Shown in pieces: positions 53,829-63,695 of a stretch of DNA of 64,000 nt (the first letter of the stretch is position 1; each line of letters begins with the position of its first letter). Both the position numbers and the translations under genes were made by a program. Source of the stretch: Bacilli bacterium (lineage in GTDB: Bacteria > Bacillota_I > Bacilli_A > RFN20 > UBA1709); NCBI GenBank assembly GCA_050949315.1, contig JBMNFL010000001.1:256001-320000 (forward strand). The letters run 5' to 3'. The notes beneath the pieces are model-generated. The model was not told where the DNA came from and did no database searches. It saw only the letters and a program-made list of their open reading frames with translations.

Positions 53829-55025
53829 TTGAAAAGATTATTCACATCTGAATCAGTAGGACCAGGACATCCTGATAAAATTTGTGATCAAATATCCGAT
53901 GCTATCTTAGATGAATGTTTAAGACGAGATCGCAATGCTTATGTTGCTTGCGAATGTTTTATCACGCGTCAATTTTTGGTTATCGGTGGAGAAATAACTG
54001 GAAATATCGGGGAAATTGATTATGAGGGCATCGCCCGTACTGTCATTAAAAACATCGGTTATCACGATGAAGAGAGTGGTATAAATCCCGATACTTGTCA
54101 AATTATCGTTAAAATTCAGGAGCAATCAGCTGATATTGCCCTTGGAGTTAAACTTGAGAACGATGAAATCGGGGCTGGCGATCAGGGTTCCATGTATGGC
54201 TTTGCTGTCGCTGAAACCCCAACCTATATGCCACTGCCTATCTATCTTGCCCATGAATTAATGAAAATCACCGATGACAAACGGCGCAGTGGAGAATTCA
54301 AATGGGCGCTACCGGATATGAAAGGTCAAATTACTGTTGACTATGAAGATTATGACAATCCAAAAATTCATACTATTTTGCTGTCCTGTCAGCACCAGCC
54401 ATTAGATAGTGAGCAATTTCAGGCTTTTAAAAACTATATAAAGAATGTAATTATCAAGGAGTTAGTTGAGAAGAATCACCTAGAAGGTGATTATCGTGTG
54501 CTCATCAATCCTACCGGACGCTTTGTAATCGGCGGTCCTGCTGCCGACACCGGTCTTACAGGTCGAAAGATTATTGTAGACACTTATGGTGGTTATTCAC
54601 GACATGGAGGCGGGTCGTTTAGTGGTAAAGACCCAACCAAAGTTGATCGCAGTGCTGCCTATATGGCTCGCTATATCGCTAAAAATCTTGTTGCTGCAGG
54701 AGCAGCTAAAAAACTGGAGATCCAACTTTCTTATTCCATCGGAATTTCTGAACCAATTTCTGTTTCTTTCAAAACTTTTAAAACAGCGAAAGTCAGCGAT
54801 GAAATCATCAGTGAAGCAATTGATAAATTCTTTAAACTAACACCAAAAGGCATTATTGAAAGTTTAGATTTAAGAAGACCTATTTACCAAAAAACCGCGA
54901 CTTTTGGCCATATGGGACGAGAAGATTTAGATTTGCCTTGGGAAAGGTTAGATAAAGTCTCAGCCCTTAAAAGCTTTTTTAAAGAAGCGAAAAAGAATAA
55001 TAAGTTTATTAATAAAACAACTTAA
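53829..55025 (+). CDS. metK: S-adenosylmethionine synthetase
   Basis: FTSESVGPGHPDKICDQISD, GAGDQG, GLTGRKIIVDTYGG, GKDPTKVDRS; TTG start after AGGAGG. Confidence 0.98.
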   Translation: MKRLFTSESVGPGHPDKICDQISDAILDECLRRDRNAYVACECFITRQFLVIGGEITGNIGEIDYEGIARTVIKNIGYHDEESGINPDTCQIIVKIQEQSADIALGVKLENDEIGAGDQGSMYGFAVAETPTYMPLPIYLAHELMKITDDKRRSGEFKWALPDMKGQITVDYEDYDNPKIHTILLSCQHQPLDSEQFQAFKNYIKNVIIKELVEKNHLEGDYRVLINPTGRFVIGGPAADTGLTGRKIIVDTYGGYSRHGGGSFSGKDPTKVDRSAAYMARYIAKNLVAAGAAKKLEIQLSYSIGISEPISVSFKTFKTAKVSDEIISEAIDKFFKLTPKGIIESLDLRRPIYQKTATFGHMGREDLDLPWERLDKVSALKSFFKEAKKNNKFINKTT

Positions 55026-55208
55026 AAACTACTAATTATATGCCATTTAATTGTTTTGTTTTACCATTTTAATTTAAAAAACTCTTATTTTTACGTTGGT
55101 TTTTCAATTTTAAACAAAAAAATGTCTTTTTTTACTTAAAAAGTCTTTATTCTCATAAACTAACTATGTTATAATTTAATCAGGAAAGGAGCTCTGACAT
55201 AATAATAT

Positions 55209-55736
55209 ATGAAATATCAAATTATTACTACCAACCGGTCGATTTCCAAGGCCACGGAGGCACGCATTTTTAAGAAACTAAGCGTAATTGAAAAGTATCT
55301 TCTGATAAAGGATACAACCGAATGTCGAGTCGTCATTAAAGATGTTCCAGATGGTCGCAAAGTCGAGGTAACCATTCCAACAAAAGTTGCCATTTTACGA
55401 GGTGAAGCCGTTGATCGCCAACTTTATGCGGCGATTGACAAAGTCATCGACAAAATCAGAGATCAATTAAGAAGGGCCAAAACCAAAATGGACAGGCGGC
55501 ACCGAGAAAATCTCGGTCGTTCATTTGATTTAGATGAGATTGAAGAAATTGAAGAGGAAGATATTCCAGTTAAAACTAAATCTCTCTATCTTGATGTTAT
55601 GGATTTAGACACAGCTATCGCTAATATGGAATTACTTGGCCACAGTTTCTACATTTATCGCGATGATGAGGAGAATAAAGTCGCTGTTGTTTATAAAAGA
55701 AACAATGGAGGCTATGGTTTAATAGAAGTTGACTAA
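55209..55736 (+). CDS. hpf: Ribosome hibernation factor, long HPF
   Basis: KVEVTIP, LYAAIDKV, C-terminal MELLGHSFYIY...YKRNNGGYGLIE. Confidence 0.93.
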   Translation: MKYQIITTNRSISKATEARIFKKLSVIEKYLLIKDTTECRVVIKDVPDGRKVEVTIPTKVAILRGEAVDRQLYAAIDKVIDKIRDQLRRAKTKMDRRHRENLGRSFDLDEIEEIEEEDIPVKTKSLYLDVMDLDTAIANMELLGHSFYIYRDDEENKVAVVYKRNNGGYGLIEVD

Positions 55737-55737
55737 T

Positions 55738-55763
55738 AAAACCCACCACTTGGTGGGTTTTTT
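55738..55763 (+). terminator. Terminator after hpf
   Basis: AAAACCCACC-ACTT-GGTGGGTTTTTT. Confidence 0.85.
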
Positions 55764-55826
55764 GTTATTTACTTTACGATTATTTTTAATTGAGTTATAA
55801 TTGTCTCGTATTTTAAAGGAGCCTAA

Positions 55827-56084
55827 ATGATGAAATATTCCTATAAAACAAAAGGAACCTGTTCTAGAGCCATCCATTTTGAAATTGAAGACGGTAAAGT
55901 CCACAATGTTCGTTTTGTTGGTGGTTGCAATGGCAACACTCAAGGCGTTAGTAAATTAGTTGAAGGTCTACCAGTTGAAGAAGTTATCGCTAAACTAGAA
56001 GGCATTCGCTGCTGGATTAAGAAAACCTCCTGTCCTGATCAATTAGCAAAAGCCTTAAAAAGCGTTAAAGTTGAAGAAGATTAA
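55827..56084 (+). CDS. Small TSCPD-domain protein (TIGR03905-like)
   Basis: GTCSR, FVGGCNGN, GIRC, TSCPDQLA. Confidence 0.88.
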   Translation: MMKYSYKTKGTCSRAIHFEIEDGKVHNVRFVGGCNGNTQGVSKLVEGLPVEEVIAKLEGIRCWIKKTSCPDQLAKALKSVKVEED

Positions 56085-56172
56085 TTAAAATCGTTCATTT
56101 GCTAAACAGAATTCTAAGCAAATACACGGTAAAAAGTTGATTTCTACACTTTCTTTGTTATAATTAGAGAGT

Positions 56173-56368
56173 AGCGTTGATTTAGAATAAGATTTTGTCT
56201 TTCTATATAGAGACCTGCTGATTGGTGGAAAGCAGGAGAAAGCTTAATTGTCTCAACTAAGGAGCTCAAGGTTAAGCCACCTTTATCGGCACAAAGCAAG
56301 GAGCATAGATTTTTCTATGAATCAGGATGGTACCGCGAGCAATCGTTCCTGAATAGGAACTTTTTTTA
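56173..56368 (+). ncRNA. T-box riboswitch (Leu), transcriptional
   Basis: AGAGA...GGTGGAA stem I motifs, likely specifier CTC at 56252-56254, T-box AATCAGGATGGTACCGCG, terminator GTTCCT-GAAT-AGGAAC-T7. Confidence 0.92.
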
Positions 56369-56387
56369 TTTGTATGAGGTGGGTATA

Positions 56388-58796
56388 ATGAAAAACTACG
56401 ATATTAAAAAAGTCGAGAAAAAATGGCAGGATTTCTGGTATAGTAATTCTTCTTTCACAGCCGTTGACTTTAGTGAAAAAACCAAATACTATGCTTTGAT
56501 CGAATTTCCATATCCCAGTGGTACAGGTATGCATGTTGGCCACATTAAAGCCTTTACTTCCCTTGATGTTGTCGCTCGTAAAAAGCGGATGGAAGGTTAT
56601 AATGTGCTTTTTCCCATTGGTTTTGATGCCTTTGGCTTACCGACTGAAAACTACGCCATTAAAACAGGAATTCATCCTCGCGAAGTAACCAATAGAAATA
56701 TTAAAATTTTTACTAACCAATTAAAAAGGGCTGGTTTTTCCTTTGATTTTAGTCGCGTGGTTGATACTACTCAAGCCGATTACTATAAATGGACTCAATG
56801 GATTTTCCTTAAACTTTTTGAAAAGGGCTTGGCCTATAAAGCTCATAGTTATGTCAATTATTGTCCCTCTTGTCAAGTAGTTTTAGCCAATGAAGATTCC
56901 CAAGGTGGACAATGTGATCGCTGCGGTAGTGAGGTTATTCAAAAAGAAAAGGATGTTTGGTTCTTAAAAATAACCGCTTATTCTGAAAGTTTATTAGAAG
57001 GACTTGAACATGTCGATTATCTTCCGCGTATTAAAATGGAACAGATCAATTGGATAGGCAAAAGCGAAGGCGTGGAAGTAAAGTTTAAAATCAAAGAAAA
57101 TAACGAGGATTTATTGATTTTCACCACTAGAGCCGATACTCTTTTTGGGGTTACTTTTATGGTTATAGCCCCTGAACATCCCTTAATTGAAAGATTAAAA
57201 GATAAGATTGAAAACTATTCAGAACTGCAAGAATATCGTAATTTAGCCGCCCATAAGACCGAATTTGAACGCCTGCAGATGAACAAAGGTAAAACAGGTG
57301 TGAGAATTATAGGCCTTAATGCCATAAATCCGGTTAACGGCAAGGTCATACCTATTTTCGTTGCTGATTATGTAATGTTAGCCTATGGAACGGGAGCCAT
57401 TATGGCGGTTCCTGCTCATGATAGTCGCGATTTTAGCTTTGCTAAAGAACATGATTGTCCCATTATTGAAGTCATCAAAGGTGGCGACATTAATAAAGAG
57501 GCTTATACCGACATTGAAGAGGGCATTCTTTGTAACTCCGATTTTTTAAATGGTTTAGGTGTTAAAGAGGCCCAAGTGAAGATAACAGAATACCTCGTGT
57601 CGCGGGGTATTGGGGAAAAGATGATAAATTACAAGATGAAAGACTGGGCGTTTAATAGGCAACGCTACTGGGGTGAACCGATACCAATTATAAAATGTCC
57701 ACATTGTGGTTATGTTGCCGATAACAATTTACCTCTCAAATTGCCAGAGATGGAGCATTTCCAACCAGGAACCGATGGTGAATCCCCCTTAGCCAGTCTA
57801 AAAGACTGGGTTAGAGTAAAATGCCCCATTTGTAACCAGATGGCTGAGCGAGAAACAGATACCATGCCCCAATGGGCTGGTTCTAGTTGGTATTTCTTGC
57901 GCTATTGCGATCCTCACAATAATAAAGAGTTAGCTAGCTATGACAAAATGAAATACTGGCTGCCTGTTGATTGGTACAACGGGGGAATGGAACATGTCAC
58001 CCGTCATATGATTTACTCCCGTTTTTGGAATCAATTCCTTTACGATGAGGGCATTGTGCCCGTTAAAGAGCCTTATGCCAGAAGAACCGCTGTCGGCTTG
58101 ATTCTTGGCGAAGATGGCGAAAAGATGTCAAAATCCAGGGGAAATATCGTCGATCCTATAGATATTATTAACGAATATGGTGCTGATACTTTAAGAACTT
58201 ATATTCTCTTCCTAGGTGAATATGAACAACCAAGCCCTTGGAGCGAGGCGGGTATAAAAGGCTGTAAACGTTTCTTAGATCGGATTTATCGTTTCCTAGA
58301 AAAAGTTGATTTCCAAGCAAAAAGTTATAGCAAAGAACTTGAAGGTCCCATCAATAAAACCATTAAAGATGTTGGTAGTGACATTGAAAATGTCAAGTTT
58401 AATACGGCTATTTCTAAACTTATGACTCTCAGTAATGAATATGCCAAATATCCAAAATTGAGTAAAAAAGATTTAGAAACTTTTATCGCCCTACTAAATC
58501 CCTTCGCCCCCCATCTTTGTGAAGAGATCAATGAACAATTAGGCAATAATTATTCTATGGTTAACACAAAATGGCCAAATTACGATGAAAGTAAGACCAT
58601 CGATAATACTGTAATAATTGCCGTTCAAGTCAATGGCAAACTAAGAGGAACTTTCCCCATTGCCAAAGATAGCGATAAAAAAGCCTTAGAAGAGAAGGCT
58701 TTAGAGCTAGAAAGCATAAAGCAGCATATAACAGGAAAAACAATTCGTAAAATTATCGTTGTTCCTAACAAAATAGTCAATATAGTAGTTAATTAG
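56388..58796 (+). CDS. leuS: Leucyl-tRNA synthetase
   Basis: FPYPSG..HVGH, FTTRADT, GTGAIMAVPAHD, RQRYWGEP, KMSKS, VQVNGKLR. Confidence 0.98.
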   Translation: MKNYDIKKVEKKWQDFWYSNSSFTAVDFSEKTKYYALIEFPYPSGTGMHVGHIKAFTSLDVVARKKRMEGYNVLFPIGFDAFGLPTENYAIKTGIHPREVTNRNIKIFTNQLKRAGFSFDFSRVVDTTQADYYKWTQWIFLKLFEKGLAYKAHSYVNYCPSCQVVLANEDSQGGQCDRCGSEVIQKEKDVWFLKITAYSESLLEGLEHVDYLPRIKMEQINWIGKSEGVEVKFKIKENNEDLLIFTTRADTLFGVTFMVIAPEHPLIERLKDKIENYSELQEYRNLAAHKTEFERLQMNKGKTGVRIIGLNAINPVNGKVIPIFVADYVMLAYGTGAIMAVPAHDSRDFSFAKEHDCPIIEVIKGGDINKEAYTDIEEGILCNSDFLNGLGVKEAQVKITEYLVSRGIGEKMINYKMKDWAFNRQRYWGEPIPIIKCPHCGYVADNNLPLKLPEMEHFQPGTDGESPLASLKDWVRVKCPICNQMAERETDTMPQWAGSSWYFLRYCDPHNNKELASYDKMKYWLPVDWYNGGMEHVTRHMIYSRFWNQFLYDEGIVPVKEPYARRTAVGLILGEDGEKMSKSRGNIVDPIDIINEYGADTLRTYILFLGEYEQPSPWSEAGIKGCKRFLDRIYRFLEKVDFQAKSYSKELEGPINKTIKDVGSDIENVKFNTAISKLMTLSNEYAKYPKLSKKDLETFIALLNPFAPHLCEEINEQLGNNYSMVNTKWPNYDESKTIDNTVIIAVQVNGKLRGTFPIAKDSDKKALEEKALELESIKQHITGKTIRKIIVVPNKIVNIVVN

Positions 58797-58823
58797 TAGT
58801 TTTTAGGCGTTTTTTAGTAGTGC

Positions 58824-58846
58824 AGACTCCCATAGGGAGTCTTTTG
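58824..58846 (+). terminator. Terminator after leuS
   Basis: AGACTCCC-ATA-GGGAGTCT followed by TTTG. Confidence 0.8.
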
Positions 58847-58924
58847 TTTTTCGCCTTTTTTTATAAAATTATGGATAAAATAAGCAAATTTGAGCAATTA
58901 ATAATCAATATTTATACTTTTAAG

Positions 58925-58953
58925 TAGACAGATTACCAATCTGTGGGTATAAT
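58925..58953 (+). promoter_or_regulatory. coaX promoter with internal palindrome
   Basis: TAGACA, 17 bp, TATAAT; ACAGATT-ACC-AATCTGT at 58928-58944. Confidence 0.65.
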
Positions 58954-59014
58954 ATTTTTGTCTAAAATAGTCCTGTACTACCTAGCAGGTAGATGGGAAC
59001 GAGGAGGAGACATC

Positions 59015-59782
59015 ATGATAGTTGTATTTGACTTAGGTAATTCCGATTTATCATTCGGTGTATTCAAAGATGATCATCTGATCGCGAGTTTCAGAACAAG
59101 TTCTGACCGCCGTCGCAGTGTCGATGAATATGCCAATATAATCAGGGGATTACTTTTTTCAAAAGGAGTGAATGCTGAAAAAGTTGAGGGAACTATTCTT
59201 TCATCAGTTGTGCCCCAACTATCAAAAGTCTTAAGTTCAGCAATCAAGCGCGCTTTCGGTAAAGAAACGATGCTACTTGGTCCGGGTTGCAAAACTGGCC
59301 TCAAAATTAGGGCAGATAATCCCAACGAAGTTGGTTCAGATCTCGTCGCTGTCTGTGTTGGAGCTATGAAACATTACAAACTCCCCATTGTGATTGTAGA
59401 TTTCGGAACTGCCACCAAAATTTTAGGCATTAATTCTAGCGGTTTGTATTGTGGGGTTGCTATTTTACCTGGAGTAAAATCTTCAGCAGAAGGTCTAGTA
59501 AGCATTGCTTCGCAATTACCACACATCAGTTTAGTTAAGCCTAAAAAAGTTTTAGGGACCAATACCGTTGATGCGATGAATTCGGGTTTAGTCTATGGGA
59601 ATGCCTCCATGGCCGATGGGATGATTCGTAAGTACGAACGTGAGATGGGAGAAAAGTGTACAAGGTTATTAACCGGTGGTCTCGCATCTACTATCTCAGT
59701 GGCGATGGAAGAGGAGCATATTCTCGACAAAAACCTGGTTCTCTATGGTCTATTTGAGATCTTTCAACGGAATCGCAAATAA
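59015..59782 (+). CDS. coaX: Type III pantothenate kinase
   Basis: FDLGNS, SSVVP, VGSD, VDFGTAT, ILPG, GTNT, LTGG. Confidence 0.93.
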   Translation: MIVVFDLGNSDLSFGVFKDDHLIASFRTSSDRRRSVDEYANIIRGLLFSKGVNAEKVEGTILSSVVPQLSKVLSSAIKRAFGKETMLLGPGCKTGLKIRADNPNEVGSDLVAVCVGAMKHYKLPIVIVDFGTATKILGINSSGLYCGVAILPGVKSSAEGLVSIASQLPHISLVKPKKVLGTNTVDAMNSGLVYGNASMADGMIRKYEREMGEKCTRLLTGGLASTISVAMEEEHILDKNLVLYGLFEIFQRNRK

Positions 59783-59890
59783 CTTTGTTATTTGTAACAT
59801 TTTCGACTCCGGTCGAGCACTTCACAAAACTATTTAAGTTTGTACAAGTATTACGGGACCTTAAATGGCCAGTAAAGAAAGGAAAGAAAA

Positions 59891-60481
59891 ATGAAAAATA
59901 GTTTAAAAATTCGCCGAATAACAGGTATCGCCCTGTTAATCGCAGTTGAGGTAGCCTTAGGCTTCCTTGGAAATTATGTCAGTATTGGTCAAGTCAATCT
60001 TAATCTAGCTCTTATTCCCATTGCTGTCGGTGCCTGCATATTTGGACCACTCTGTGGTTTGGCCCTAGGTATTATCAACGGACTCATTGCCCTAATTGCT
60101 CCCGCAACTATGGCTTTTTTTGTGCCCCACAACCTAATTGCCACCATCGTTGTTTGCTTGGCCAAAACAGGTTTAGCTGGTTTAGTTGCTGGCTTCATCT
60201 ACAGGGGCTTAAAAAGCAAAAGTGAACTAGTTGCTGTTATTTTGGCTTCAATCGCTATTCCAGTGGTTAATACTGGCTTATTTATTATTGGTGTCTTCGC
60301 CTTCTTCATGCCAGTTTATGAGGGCTGGGCGGGTGAAGGAGCTAATGTTTATCTCTATGTTATTACCGCAACATTGACAGTTAATTTCTTAATTGAACTG
60401 GTTATTAATGCCGGTTTAGCTACTACCGTTCATCGTATTATCAAAGTCGTTAGCAAAAGACAAAACAACAATCATGTCTAG
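59891..60481 (+). CDS. panT: ECF S-component, pantothenate transporter PanT-like
   Basis: Multi-TM S-component pattern (IPIAVGA..FGP..G, VNTGLF, NFLIE); adjacent to coaX; substrate inferred from context. Confidence 0.7.
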   Translation: MKNSLKIRRITGIALLIAVEVALGFLGNYVSIGQVNLNLALIPIAVGACIFGPLCGLALGIINGLIALIAPATMAFFVPHNLIATIVVCLAKTGLAGLVAGFIYRGLKSKSELVAVILASIAIPVVNTGLFIIGVFAFFMPVYEGWAGEGANVYLYVITATLTVNFLIELVINAGLATTVHRIIKVVSKRQNNNHV

Positions 60482-60515
60482 AATGAATTTGTTAAATAGA
60501 AAGTAGTGAAAATTG

Positions 60516-61886
60516 ATGAAAAGTTATAAAAATGAAGTTTTAAAAAAGAAAGATGAGATGGTCAAAGACTTACAAGCTTGGATTGCTCAAAAAGGCGTTT
60601 ATGATCCAAACACCATCAAAGATGGTGCTCCCTTTGGTCATGATGTGGCCAACAGTCTAAAATGGATTGAAGAGAAAGCTAAAAGCGATGGTTTTAATGT
60701 AAAAAACCACGAGGGCTACTGTATAGAAATCACCCATGGTGAAGGTAAGGAATGCGTGATGGTTTTAGCCCATGCTGATGTGGTTCCCGAAGGTAAGGGT
60801 TGGACATATCCACCCTACGGTGGGGAAGTCCATAATGGTTTAATCTATGGGAGGGGCGCTAGTGATGACAAAGGTCCTGCACTTGCTTCTTACTATGCCT
60901 TAAAAATTCTTAAAGAACAGAATATCAAACTCAAACGCCAGATTAAAATTGTCATAGGTGGCAACGAAGAATCCGGTTCAAAATGTCTAAAATATTACTT
61001 TAAAGAAAAAAAGCATCCTGCTCCGACATATGGTTTTACTCCTGATGCCGATTTCCCCTTAATTTACGGTGAAAAAGGTATTATGACCTATGTTTATGAG
61101 GGAGAATTTAGTGATAACCTAATCGCTAGTTTTGAGGCTGGTTTAGCAGCCAATGCCGTGCCTAGCGAATGTGAAATGGTCCTAAAAAGAGAACTTCATT
61201 TACAAAAGGCTTTTACTAAATGGATGCAAAGGCATAATTTTAAAGGCGAATATGAAGAAAAAGAGGGTAAAACCTATCTTAAATTTCATGGTAAAGCCTC
61301 CCATGGGGCCTTCCCTGAGGGGGGAATCAACGCTTTTACCATGCTTTTATACTGGGTTGGTAAGTATACCAACAGTGATTTTGCCAAACATTTTGGTACC
61401 GCTTTAAGTTGCTATTATGGTCGTAGAATTGGTATCGCTTATTATGGCGAACCGATGGGACCTCTTACTATGAATGTCGGAATCGCCCGTTATGATGGTC
61501 AAAAGTACCAACTTGTCATCAATATTCGTTATCCCAACAATATAACAGGATCGATGGTCGCGAGAGTTTTGGATCGCTCAATTATGCACCGCGGTTCTTT
61601 AGTCAGTGATTCTAAACCTCTTTACATGGATCCTAAGTCCCCCTTTATCAAAACCTTACTAAAGGTCTACCAAGAAGAAACGGGTGATTATAAACAAAAA
61701 CCCATGACAATTGGTGGAGGCACATATGCTAGAGAGACCGAAAATACCGTGGCTTATGGTATGAACTTCCATCGCGATAACGGAACTGGCAATATTCACA
61801 GTCCCGATGAGGCTTTAAATATTGAAGATTTAGTTGATGGGGCGAGCATTTACGCACGGGCCCTTGAGGAGTTGTGTAATTTATAA
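60516..61886 (+). CDS. pepV: M20 dipeptidase PepV
   Basis: HADVVP, GRGASDDKGP, EESG, GGGTYAR, HSPDE. Confidence 0.92.
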   Translation: MKSYKNEVLKKKDEMVKDLQAWIAQKGVYDPNTIKDGAPFGHDVANSLKWIEEKAKSDGFNVKNHEGYCIEITHGEGKECVMVLAHADVVPEGKGWTYPPYGGEVHNGLIYGRGASDDKGPALASYYALKILKEQNIKLKRQIKIVIGGNEESGSKCLKYYFKEKKHPAPTYGFTPDADFPLIYGEKGIMTYVYEGEFSDNLIASFEAGLAANAVPSECEMVLKRELHLQKAFTKWMQRHNFKGEYEEKEGKTYLKFHGKASHGAFPEGGINAFTMLLYWVGKYTNSDFAKHFGTALSCYYGRRIGIAYYGEPMGPLTMNVGIARYDGQKYQLVINIRYPNNITGSMVARVLDRSIMHRGSLVSDSKPLYMDPKSPFIKTLLKVYQEETGDYKQKPMTIGGGTYARETENTVAYGMNFHRDNGTGNIHSPDEALNIEDLVDGASIYARALEELCNL

Positions 61887-61889
61887 ACT

Positions 61890-62543
61890 ATGCGGCAAAG
61901 AAAGTTAAAATGGGCGGAAGATTATCTTAAAAAGACCACGTTTTTAGTCCGAGATTTCCCTAGTTATTTAGCTAAAAACGCCCTTTTAGAATTAGAAATC
62001 GGCTGTGGCAAAGGAACTTTTCTTGTTAAAAAAGCGGAGTTAAATCCTAAAATTAACTACCTCGGTGTCGATATTCAAAGTTCCTGCCTGGCCCAAGCTA
62101 TTAAAAAGGCCGAACTAGCCGAACTTGATAATCTCCATTTTGCTTTAATCAATGCGGAAAGCTTGTTAGAGAAATTTGGGGCCAATCGTTTCCAAAGCAT
62201 CTATCTTAACTTCTGTGACCCTTGGCCTAAAGCACGGCATGAAAAAAGACGTTTAACTAATCCTAAATTCTTAGAGATTTACTATCAACTTTTGCTCCCC
62301 GGTGGCGAGATTATTTTTAAAACCGATAATCAATCTTTGTTTGACTATTCTGCCTTAACTTTCAAGGCCTCGGCTTTAAAAATAATAAGTGCAGAGAGCG
62401 ATTATCAAGCAAGTTCTGATGAAATCATCAGTGAATACGAAGAAAAATTTCGTAATAAAGGACAACAAATCGCGCGAATTATCGCCAAAAAAGAAAAGGA
62501 GGGTGTCATCAATGTTAGAACTAGAACTGAAAAAACAGGGTAA
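61890..62543 (+). CDS. trmB: tRNA (guanine-N7) methyltransferase
   Basis: EIGCGKG, FCDPWPKARHEKRRL, KTD, SEYE. Confidence 0.95.
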   Translation: MRQRKLKWAEDYLKKTTFLVRDFPSYLAKNALLELEIGCGKGTFLVKKAELNPKINYLGVDIQSSCLAQAIKKAELAELDNLHFALINAESLLEKFGANRFQSIYLNFCDPWPKARHEKRRLTNPKFLEIYYQLLLPGGEIIFKTDNQSLFDYSALTFKASALKIISAESDYQASSDEIISEYEEKFRNKGQQIARIIAKKEKEGVINVRTRTEKTG

Positions 62544-63603
62544 AATTAAACGTTTAACCAACAAAACCTTTAAATTTGATGAACGAATTCGGGATGGGTG
62601 GTATACCGCAACTTACTTCTTAAAAACAGAAAAAATTGTAAGAAAACACGCCAAAGACACTATTGTTACTCTTCAATTTTTCCAAAGACAAGATCGGGCC
62701 ATTCTCTGTGGTATTGATGAGGCCATCGCTTTAGTCAAGACCTTTGCTCGCAATCAAGAAAAGCTGATCATTGAAGCCTTAAATGATGGCGATATAATTA
62801 TGGCTGGCGAACCTGTTTTAAAAATAACAGGTCATTATCAGGATTTTGGCTTTTTGGAAAATTTGATTGATGGGGTTTTAGCTAGAAGAACCTCAGTGGC
62901 TACTCATGTCTACAACACTATGAAAGCGGCGGCACCAACGCCCATCTTCTTCATGGGTGATCGTCAAGATGACTTCCGCAATCAACAGGGTGATGGCTAC
63001 GCTTCCTATATTGCAGGCGTCGCAGCCCAGTGCACTTTCGCCCACGGTGAATGGTGGGGTGGTGATGGGGGCGGAACCACACCTCATGCCTTGATTCAAA
63101 TTATGGAAGGTGACACTGTAAAAGCCGCTGTGTGCTACGCTGATGTCTACCCTGATGAGAAAATAACCGCTTTAGTTGACTTCAATAACGATGTTATTAA
63201 AGATTCGCTAGCCGTTGCCAAGGTTTTAAAAGAGCGCCTGGGGGCGGTGCGAGTGGATACCAGCGATACTTTGGTTGACCATTATTTTGATAAACTAAGT
63301 GAAAAAGAAAAGACCGGCTTAAAAATAAATGGTGTCAATCCAACCCTGATTAAAGCCTTACGAAAAGCCTTGGATGAGGCCGGTTTTCCCTATGTTAAAA
63401 TCGTCGTTTCCAGTGGCTTCGATATTGAAAAAATCAAATGGTTTAAAAAGGAAAATACCCCTGTGGACTCCTACGGTATAGGAAATTCCTTACTTAAAAT
63501 CAACATCGGCTTTACTGGGGATTTAGTCCGCCGCAACGGCAAAGAACTCGCCAAAGCTGGTCGGCGCGATGTTCCAAGTAGTCGCTTAGAAAAGGTTGAG
63601 TAA
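62512..63603 (+). CDS. pncB: Nicotinate phosphoribosyltransferase (Mollicutes-type)
   Basis: ATYFLKT, GTTPHAL, LVDFNND, AVRVDTS, VSSGF, YGIG; start at ATG 62512. Confidence 0.85.
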   Translation: MLELELKKQGKIKRLTNKTFKFDERIRDGWYTATYFLKTEKIVRKHAKDTIVTLQFFQRQDRAILCGIDEAIALVKTFARNQEKLIIEALNDGDIIMAGEPVLKITGHYQDFGFLENLIDGVLARRTSVATHVYNTMKAAAPTPIFFMGDRQDDFRNQQGDGYASYIAGVAAQCTFAHGEWWGGDGGGTTPHALIQIMEGDTVKAAVCYADVYPDEKITALVDFNNDVIKDSLAVAKVLKERLGAVRVDTSDTLVDHYFDKLSEKEKTGLKINGVNPTLIKALRKALDEAGFPYVKIVVSSGFDIEKIKWFKKENTPVDSYGIGNSLLKINIGFTGDLVRRNGKELAKAGRRDVPSSRLEKVE

Positions 63604-63695
63604 CCAATATTTAATGATTTTCACTAAAAAGCACTGCTTTTTATGATAAAGAGTGTTATAATCATAAAGGAATTTTTAGAAGGAGGCGTTCTATA

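Noticed and set aside
55026-55208. raiA motif RNA upstream of hpf
   Set aside because: The region is very AT-rich with no stems that could form that structure
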